From: Mageeibacillus sp. UBA5734
GTDB taxonomy: Bacteria; Bacillota; Clostridia; Saccharofermentanales; UBA5734
Direction: 5' to 3'
Length of the DNA: 64,000 nucleotides
NCBI GenBank assembly: GCA_002419365.1
Contig: DIGA01000117.1
Location: forward strand, 12,261 to 76,260
How positions within the stretch are numbered: position 1 is the first letter of the stretch; the number at the start of each line of letters is the position of its first letter. Position numbers and translations under genes: made by a program. The notes below the pieces were generated by a model. The model was given only the letters and a program-made list of their open reading frames with translations. It ran no database searches and had not been told where the DNA came from. This document shows, in pieces, positions 57,270-64,000 of the stretch.

Positions 57270-59240
57270 TTGGTCTAGGTATTTGTGGCCGTTTTGCTCA
57301 ATGAAGGTTTTGCGGCCGGCCAGATTGTCGCCGAGAAGCAAGTCGAATGTTTCAAGCATATCTTCGGCTTTGTCTGGCATGACTTGGATCAGGCGGCGGG
57401 TCTCCGGATTCATCGTGGTCAGCCACATCATTTCCGGTTCGTTCTCGCCCAAGCCTTTGGACCTCTGGATGGTGCAGCGGTCTGCACCCAGCTTGGCCAG
57501 CAGGTCACTCTTTTCCCGTTCGGTATAGGCAAAAAAGGTTTTCTCTTCCCGTTTGATCCGCTGGGTGATTTCAAAGAGCGGGGACTCCGCAATGAAGATC
57601 TTCTCTCTATCCAGCAAAGTCGGAGTCAGGCGGTAGAGCATGGCCAGGATCAGGGTCCGGATCTGGTAGCCATCGACATCGGCATCGGTGCAAATGATGA
57701 CTTTGCTCCAGCGTAGGCCGTCCAGGTCGAAAGATGACAAGTCCTTGTTGTGGCGGGAATGGATTTCGACACCGCAACCGAGGACTTTGATCAAGTCGAC
57801 GATGATTTCATTCTTGAAGATTGCCTCGTAATCAGCCTTGAGGCAGTTGAGGATCTTGCCGCGCACGGGAATAATGGCCTGGAACTCCGCATCGCGGCCC
57901 ATCTTGCACGATCCGAGCGCGGAATCGCCTTCGACGATGTACAATTCGCGGCGGGCAACATCCCGGGTCCGGCAATCGACAAATTTCTTGACCCGGTTGG
58001 TCAGGTCGACGGAGCCCATCAATTTCTTCTTGATGTTGAGGCGCTGCTTTTCGGCACTTTCCCGGCTGCGCTTGTTGACCAGGACCTGTTCCAGAACCCG
58101 GTCGGCTTCAGCCTTGTTCTCAATGAACCAGATCTCGAGTCGGCTGCGCAGCAGATCGGTCAGGAACTCCTGGATGTATTTGTTGTTGATCGCTTTCTTG
58201 GTCTGGTTTTCATAACTGGTCTGCGTGGAAAAGGAATTGGTGACCAGGATCAGGGAGTCCTCGATATCGGCAAAGGTGATCTTGGCTTCGTTATTCTTAT
58301 ACTTGTCCTGCAGCTTGGCCTGGCGGTCGAATTCATTGACCAGGGCATTGCGCACGGCTTTGTCCGGAGATCCACCATATTCCAGCCAGCTCGAGTTGTG
58401 GTAATACTCGATCAAGTTGATTTCGTTATTGAAGCAGAGTGCCACTGAGGCTTTAACCTTGTATTCCGGTTTGTCAGAACGATCGCGGCCTTTGCCACTG
58501 CCTTCAAAAAACAATGGGCTGGAGATGCCTTTTTCCTGGTCCAGCTCCCGGACAAAGCCCAGGATGCCTTCAGGATAATAAAACTCCTCGGTTGTGCCGG
58601 ATGGTTCATCATGCAGGCGGAAAGTCACGCCCGCATTGACAATGGCCTGGCGCTTCAAGGTCTGCTGGAAATAGTCAAGCGGAATCATGATGTCGGTGAA
58701 GACATCCCGGTCTGCTTTCCATTTCTGGGTGGTCCCGGTCTGTTTCTGCCGTATGGGTGTCTTCGTCAAGCCGCCAACATTATTGCCCTTTTCAAAATGC
58801 AAATCGTAGCGGAAGCCATCCCGCACGACTGAAACATCAAAATATTCAGAGGCGTACTGGGTGGCACAGGCACCCAGGCCATTGAGACCGAGGCTGAACT
58901 CGTAATGGTCACCACTGATGTTGTTGTATTTGCCGCCAGCATACAGTTCGCAATAGACCAGCTCCCAGTTGTAGCGGTTTTCTTTTTCGTTGAAATCCAG
59001 AGGAATCCCACGGCCCTGGTCTTTGACCTCGAGCGATCCGTCCTTGTAACGCTTGACCTCGATCAGGTTGCCATGCCCTTCCCTGGCTTCGTCGATCGAG
59101 TTGGATAAGATTTCGAAAAACGAATGTTTGCAGCCCTCCAGGTCATCGGATCCAAAAATGACACCTGGGCGAAGACGGACCCGGTCGGCCCCCTTCAAGG
59201 CAGAAATACTGGTGTTGTCGTAGGCTTTGCTTTTGGTCAT
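57255..59240 (-). CDS. Type IIA topoisomerase subunit B (ParE/GyrB-like)
   Basis: RLRPG, EILSNSIDE, DQGRGIP, GLNGLG, EGDSA, PVRGKILN and DADVDG motifs. Confidence 0.95.
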   Translation of the reverse strand: MTKSKAYDNTSISALKGADRVRLRPGVIFGSDDLEGCKHSFFEILSNSIDEAREGHGNLIEVKRYKDGSLEVKDQGRGIPLDFNEKENRYNWELVYCELYAGGKYNNISGDHYEFSLGLNGLGACATQYASEYFDVSVVRDGFRYDLHFEKGNNVGGLTKTPIRQKQTGTTQKWKADRDVFTDIMIPLDYFQQTLKRQAIVNAGVTFRLHDEPSGTTEEFYYPEGILGFVRELDQEKGISSPLFFEGSGKGRDRSDKPEYKVKASVALCFNNEINLIEYYHNSSWLEYGGSPDKAVRNALVNEFDRQAKLQDKYKNNEAKITFADIEDSLILVTNSFSTQTSYENQTKKAINNKYIQEFLTDLLRSRLEIWFIENKAEADRVLEQVLVNKRSRESAEKQRLNIKKKLMGSVDLTNRVKKFVDCRTRDVARRELYIVEGDSALGSCKMGRDAEFQAIIPVRGKILNCLKADYEAIFKNEIIVDLIKVLGCGVEIHSRHNKDLSSFDLDGLRWSKVIICTDADVDGYQIRTLILAMLYRLTPTLLDREKIFIAESPLFEITQRIKREEKTFFAYTEREKSDLLAKLGADRCTIQRSKGLGENEPEMMWLTTMNPETRRLIQVMPDKAEDMLETFDLLLGDNLAGRKTFIEQNGHKYLDQLDVG

Positions 59241-59294
59241 GGAAACTCCTGCTTCTTGTCAGAATCGCTTCATTATAGCACAGGCAACCGAGGC

Positions 59295-59331
59295 AAAAAA
59301 TGGACCGCTCCCTTGATCAAAGGAGCGGTCC
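59295..59331 (-). terminator. Terminator after tRNA-Arg
   Basis: Minus strand GGACCGCTCC...GGAGCGGTCC-ATTTTTT. Confidence 0.8.
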
Positions 59332-59408
59332 TGGCGAGCCTAGGAGGACTCGAACCTCCGACCCACAGCTTAGAAGGCTGTTGCTCTATCCAACTGAGCT
59401 ATAGACCC
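59332..59408 (-). tRNA. tRNA-Arg(TCT)
   Basis: Reverse complement GGGTCTATAGCTCAG...ACAGC-CTTCTAA-GCTGT...GTTCGAGTCC...GCCA. Confidence 0.95.
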
Positions 59409-59461
59409 ATGTCTGCCCTGTCCCTGTCCTGATTATACAAAAACGAGGCGGGACGAGGCAA

Positions 59462-59484
59462 GAAAATGGCGGCCCGTGGCCGCC
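59462..59484 (-). terminator. Possible terminator after tRNA-Gly
   Basis: Minus strand GGCGGCC-ACG-GGCCGCC-ATTTTCT. Confidence 0.5.
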
Positions 59485-59497
59485 CTGCAGGCGATGT

Positions 59498-59571
<74 letters not shown>

Positions 59572-59686
59572 AGATAAAAGTCAGCGCCGATCTGCCCGTT
59601 GATTTTACCGCATCATATCTGGTTTGTCCACACCCAATCTTTCAGCCGGTCCGTCCGGTCCGTCTTCAACCCTGAACTCCATTTTG

Positions 59687-60405
59687 TCAGGAAAAATCAA
59701 GCCAGGGTTTGCGTTTTTCCTGATGAGCCCGGAAGGATTCATACGTGCGATTGATGATCTGGGTTTCTGGAATCCCCAGCGACCGGACGAGGTCATAGGC
59801 TTCATCAACCCGGCCAACCTGGTCAGCTGTATGGGCATCGCTATTGATCACGACCGGTACACCCAGCTCCTTGCAGCCGCGGGCAATATCATAACAGGCG
59901 ACATTTTCCGGATCACCTTTCAGGGTCCAGCGATTGACCTCAATCATGGTCCCAGTTGCGCGGCAGGCGTTCAGGACAGCCGGGATATCATACGCATAGC
60001 CACCCCGCCCCGTATGGCCGAGGATATCCACCAGCGGATTTTCTGCAGCGGCAACCAGAGCCCGGGTATGCTCCTCTCTGGTTCCGGGCTGGATGAGAAG
60101 GTCATGGAACGACGCAATCACGACATCAAGCTTTTTCAAAAGCGAATCCTGCAAATCCAGTTTGCCTTCATAATTCATCAAATTGGCTTCGATGCCGCGC
60201 AGGATCTTGACCCCCTGGAGTTCGCGCGGCACCATGCGGATCGCAGAAAAATAGATCCAGTTTGCAGAACCGGGCATAGCCGGTCCGTGGTCTGTCAGGG
60301 CAAACCCATCGAGGTGATACGTCCGGCAATAGGAAGCGATTTCCTCCATTGTGCCAAAGGCATGGCCGCTGGCAACGGTGTGGACGTGGCAATCGAAACG
60401 GATCA
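59687..60405 (-). CDS. PHP-domain phosphatase (YcdX-like)
   Basis: DCHVHT..SGHA, LTDHGP, RGIEAN, ILGH, EVN and NSDAH motifs. ATG 60405 follows AGGAG. Confidence 0.9.
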
Positions 60406-60650
60406 TATTGTGGTCTCCTTTGATCTTGGCCGATACATAAGATGATTGGGTGATCATGACTTGACCTCGATGCTAGCACGAAGTTGGCAGGGTGGCAAAT
60501 CGGGCCAGTGCCTGTCAATTTTCGGGCACCATCTTGTATCCGGTCACAATCATCTTTAAACTGAGAACAGTTCTGATCAAGGGCCCGTAATCCTGCCCAT
60601 CCAGACAATCTCGATGTTTTGTCAGCTAGCAAACAGGTCAAGGAGGTTCC

Positions 60651-61775
60651 ATGTGGATTGCCAGTCTGATCATCAATAGCTTATCCGTTCTCTGTGGTCT
60701 GGCCATGTTGTGGCGATTGCCCAGCTTCAAGCGAACCAGCCCTTACCTGTCTGCCGAAGAAGCAGATACCAACGCTGTCTCTGTCATTATTCCGGCTTAT
60801 AACGAAACCAAGCGTCTCTTGCCCCTGATTGAATCCCTGAACAGCCAGACTCAGCAACCATTGGAAATTTTGGTGGTCGATGACCATTCGACTGATGGCA
60901 CCGGTCCATTGGCCGCCTCGCTGGGCTGCCAGGTGATCCTGGCTGATCCGGTCGAGCCAGGGTGGGTAGGCAAATCCAGGGCTTGCTGGTCCGGTGCCAA
61001 AAAGGCCCAGGGAACTGTCCTGGTTTTTCTCGATGCCGACACCCGCCTCGAACACCCAGAGGCCTTGTCCGAGCTGGTTGCCGCTTTTGCACAGCAGGGT
61101 AAAACGGGCATTCTTTCGGTTCAGCCCTACCATCGCGTCAAAAAGAGATACGAGAGCTTCTCGGCAATTTTTAACATCATCGTCCTTTCCGGGTTGAACC
61201 GGTTCTCCATCCTGGGCAGCCGGATCAAAGGGACGGGCGCGTTTGGACCTTGTCTCATCTGCAATAAGGAAGACTATGTTTCAACCGGTGGACACCAGGC
61301 TGTCCGGGCTGAGGTTCTGGACGATCTGGCCCTGGGTAATCTATTTGCCAGCCATCAGCTGCCAGTGGCGTGTGTGAGTGGCCGCGGAGTTATCTCTTTC
61401 AGGATGTACCCGGAAGGATTCAGGCACTTGTTTGAAGGCTGGACCAAGAATTTTGCCACCGCATCATCCTCTACCCACCCTTTCATCCTGACCCTGATCA
61501 TTCTCTGGATTGGTGGTGGGTTCTCGACGCTGGGTGCATGGATCCGTTCTCTGGTGGTTCATAGCCCCGTCGAGTGGGTGGCTGCCAGCCTTGTGGCACT
61601 GGCATATCTGGCCGTTTTCCTATTCCAGGCCAGGCGAGCCGGGAATTTTCACTGGGTGGTCCTGATCTTCTATCCGCTGCATGTGCTATTTTTCGCCATC
61701 CTGTTCACCTGGTCGCTCTACTTGACCAAAATCCGCCGCTCGGTCTCCTGGCGAGGCCGCAACATCCAGGTCTGA
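60651..61775 (+). CDS. crtQ: GT2 glycosyltransferase, CrtQ-like (4,4'-diaponeurosporenoate glycosyltransferase)
   Basis: IIPAYNE, VVDDHSTDGT, GWVGKSRAC, FLDADT, FGPC, DDLALG, FRMYPEG and WRGR motifs; context with crtO/crtP. Confidence 0.8.
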   Translation: MWIASLIINSLSVLCGLAMLWRLPSFKRTSPYLSAEEADTNAVSVIIPAYNETKRLLPLIESLNSQTQQPLEILVVDDHSTDGTGPLAASLGCQVILADPVEPGWVGKSRACWSGAKKAQGTVLVFLDADTRLEHPEALSELVAAFAQQGKTGILSVQPYHRVKKRYESFSAIFNIIVLSGLNRFSILGSRIKGTGAFGPCLICNKEDYVSTGGHQAVRAEVLDDLALGNLFASHQLPVACVSGRGVISFRMYPEGFRHLFEGWTKNFATASSSTHPFILTLIILWIGGGFSTLGAWIRSLVVHSPVEWVAASLVALAYLAVFLFQARRAGNFHWVVLIFYPLHVLFFAILFTWSLYLTKIRRSVSWRGRNIQV

Positions 61776-61779
61776 TCCC

Positions 61780-62304
61780 ATGCTGCGTCTGTTTGAGCCG
61801 TCCCTGGCCCTGACTATCCTGCTCGATTTTGCCGCCTGGTTTGTGTTCCATATGGCCGCCGTCATCTGCACATTGAATATGCCAGTCCGCTGGTTTGCTT
61901 CGGACCACTGGCTCTACCGGACCAGGGCCTGGGAGAACCAAGGCCAGATCTGGCAACAGGTGTTTCGTGTCCGCACTTGGAAGGAACGGCTGCCAGACGG
62001 AGCCCAACTGGTTGGTCGCGGGTATGCCAAGAAACGGCTGCAAGCCACTCATACAGCAGAATTGTCGCGGTTTGTCCAGGAATCTCGCCGGGCAGAATTA
62101 ACCCATTACCTGGCCATGTTGCCAGCTCCCCTTTTTTTTCTCTGGAACCCGGCCTGGGTGGGATGGTTCATGATCGGATACGCCCTCATGGCCAATGCCC
62201 CCTGCATTATTGCCCAACGCTACAATCGCCCTCGCATCATCCACTTGATTGAGAAACGAACTTCTGGATCCAAAACCCGACCAGCAACAATCGACAGACA
62301 GTAG
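61780..62304 (+). CDS. crtO: Glycosyl-4,4'-diaponeurosporenoate acyltransferase, CrtO-like
   Basis: R.W..FRVRTWKERLPDG, RRAELTH and N.PCIIAQRYNRPR motifs. Confidence 0.85.
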   Translation: MLRLFEPSLALTILLDFAAWFVFHMAAVICTLNMPVRWFASDHWLYRTRAWENQGQIWQQVFRVRTWKERLPDGAQLVGRGYAKKRLQATHTAELSRFVQESRRAELTHYLAMLPAPLFFLWNPAWVGWFMIGYALMANAPCIIAQRYNRPRIIHLIEKRTSGSKTRPATIDRQ

Positions 62305-62315
62305 GAGGTTCTTTC

Positions 62316-63809
62316 ATGGCACAAAAATCAGCAATTGTCATCGGCGGTGGGCTAGGTGGCGTCTCCAGCGCCATAACCCTGGCCCAAAACGGATTTTCGG
62401 TTCGCCTGTACGAGAAAAACCAGCACATCGGTGGCAAATTGAATTTGAAAGAGCAGGATGGCTTTCGATTTGACCTTGGGCCATCGATTCTGACCATGCC
62501 ACACATTTTTGAATCCATGTTTGCCAAGAGTGGCAAACAGATGGCTGACTACATCCCGATCGTCAGGCTGGAACACGAGTGGCGCAGTTTTTTTCCCGAC
62601 GGTACCGTTCTGGACCTGTATGGCAATCTGGACAAAATGGCCCGGGAAAACCCAAGCCTCTCGGCTGACGACATGCGCCAGTACAAAAAATTCCTCGACT
62701 ATGCCAAAGGCTTGGATGACATCACGACGGAGGGCTACTTCAGCCGCACCGGACTGGATACCATCCGGGATGTCTTTGCCCGTCATGGCTTTTTCAAGTC
62801 CATGAGTGGATTTGATTATTTTTCGACCATGTATGGAGCGATCCAGAAGCGTGTCAGTAACCAGAACCTGCGTGACATGCTCGCCTATTTCATCAAATAT
62901 GTTGGCTCATCCCCCTACAACGCACCAGCGGTTCTCAACATGATGATCCACATGCAGCACCAGCTCGGTGAATGGTATGTGCCAGGCGGTATGAACAAGA
63001 TTGCCCTCGGCCTTGTTCGCCTGGCCGAAGAAATCGGTGTCGAAATACACACGTCCAATGAGGTCGTCCAGCTGGAAACCGCCGGCGACAAGCGCATCAC
63101 AGCAGCCATCCTGGCCGACGGATCCCGACAAACGGCCGATTATTTTGTCTCCAACATGGAAGTCATTCCCGCATATAAACGGCTGCTGGGCTGGTCCGAC
63201 CACAAGATGTCTGCTTTGCTCAAGTTTGAACCCGCCTGCTCCGGTCTAGTTCTACATATCGGCGTCAAGCGGCAATACCCTCAGCTGGCCCATCACAACT
63301 TCTTCTTTTCCGGTAACCCGCGGCAGCATTTTGACAGAGTATTCAATCGCCATGAACTGCCGGATGATCCGACGCTTTACGTCGTCAACGTCAACAAGAC
63401 CGATCCGGGCCAGGCACTGCCAGGTCATGAAAATCTCAAGATTTTGCCTCATATTCCCTATATCCAGAATAATCCGGCCACCCGCGAAGAGTATCTGGCT
63501 CTAAAAGAGCGTGTGCTCGACAAGCTGGAGCGCATGGGTCTGTCCGATTTGCGCCAGCACATTGTCACTGAAGATTTCTGGACACCTGTCGATCTGGAGA
63601 CCATGTATTATTCTGACCGGGGAGCCATTTATGGCGTTGTTTCCGACCGCAAGGCCAATCATGGGTTCAAGCACCCAAAGCACAGTTCCCATTTTGACAA
63701 CCTCTATTTCGCCGGTGGAACGGTCAATCCCGGCGGTGGCATGCCGATGGTAACCTTGAGTGGCCAACAAACCGCCCACCTGATCCTGGACCGGGAAAGC
63801 CATGGCTGA
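62316..63809 (+). CDS. crtP: Diapolycopene/diaponeurosporene oxygenase, CrtP (CrtNb)-like
   Basis: VIGGGLGG, FDLGPSILTMP, YFIKYVGSS, SNMEVIPAY, YPQLAHHNFFF, RGAIYGVV and NPGGGMPMVTLSGQQ closely follow staphylococcal CrtP as I recall it. Confidence 0.88.
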   Translation: MAQKSAIVIGGGLGGVSSAITLAQNGFSVRLYEKNQHIGGKLNLKEQDGFRFDLGPSILTMPHIFESMFAKSGKQMADYIPIVRLEHEWRSFFPDGTVLDLYGNLDKMARENPSLSADDMRQYKKFLDYAKGLDDITTEGYFSRTGLDTIRDVFARHGFFKSMSGFDYFSTMYGAIQKRVSNQNLRDMLAYFIKYVGSSPYNAPAVLNMMIHMQHQLGEWYVPGGMNKIALGLVRLAEEIGVEIHTSNEVVQLETAGDKRITAAILADGSRQTADYFVSNMEVIPAYKRLLGWSDHKMSALLKFEPACSGLVLHIGVKRQYPQLAHHNFFFSGNPRQHFDRVFNRHELPDDPTLYVVNVNKTDPGQALPGHENLKILPHIPYIQNNPATREEYLALKERVLDKLERMGLSDLRQHIVTEDFWTPVDLETMYYSDRGAIYGVVSDRKANHGFKHPKHSSHFDNLYFAGGTVNPGGGMPMVTLSGQQTAHLILDRESHG

Positions 63810-64000
63810 TAGGCTTGCGGGCCGCAAGGCACTGCTTCAACTGCGGCAAATGATCACGGATCACGAACAGGCTTTTCTGGCTGCCTTGCAGCAAGACTCA
63901 GGCAAGCCACTGGTTGAAGCCTACGCTGCAGAAATCAGCCTGGTTCTGGATGAAATCCATTTCCTCCTGCGCCAGGGCCATCAAGTTCTCAAACCTGTCA
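63802..64000 (+). CDS. Aldehyde dehydrogenase (ALDH3/AldH-like), 5' part only
   Basis: ATG 63802 overlaps the crtP stop; LRQMITDHEQAFLAALQQDSGKPLVEAYAAEISLVLDEI; truncated by the window edge. Confidence 0.75.
   Translation, partial: MADRLAGRKALLQLRQMITDHEQAFLAALQQDSGKPLVEAYAAEISLVLDEIHFLLRQGHQVLKPV

Overview
Core-genome stretch of a Clostridia-like Bacillota chromosome (taxonomy inferred from gene content and order; moderately GC-rich). Most genes lie on the minus strand. In coordinate order: a partial GNAT gene; lexA with two SOS boxes and a divergent membrane-protein gene; hfq, miaA, mutL, mutS, miaB and a DAHP synthase; a PyrR-attenuated pyr operon (pyrR-B-C-F-carB-pyrK-D-E, no carA); six tRNAs; a small antitoxin-first HicA-type toxin-antitoxin pair; murD; a nuclease-DinG helicase fusion; recO-era-ybeY-pgpH-phoH; rny/ymdB; recN-argR-nadK-dxs-ispA-xseAB-nusB-amaP-asp23-efp; an aspartate kinase; a type IIA topoisomerase pair; and the start of a C30 (staphyloxanthin-type) carotenoid operon running off the right edge. 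I saw no CRISPR array, transposase or prophage. The most unusual signals are: (i) a TA-flanked, palindrome-forming 41-bp tandem repeat that re-copies the end of the topoisomerase B gene; (ii) a near-consensus internal promoter covered by tandem ARG-like boxes just upstream of a carA-less carB; (iii) the Phd/HicB-like plus HicA pair with its own operator; (iv) carotenoid tailoring genes in what looks like a non-sporulating anaerobe; (v) several degenerate proteins (Hfq, a CE4 deacetylase-like protein). All family calls come from motif recognition by eye, not from database searches.
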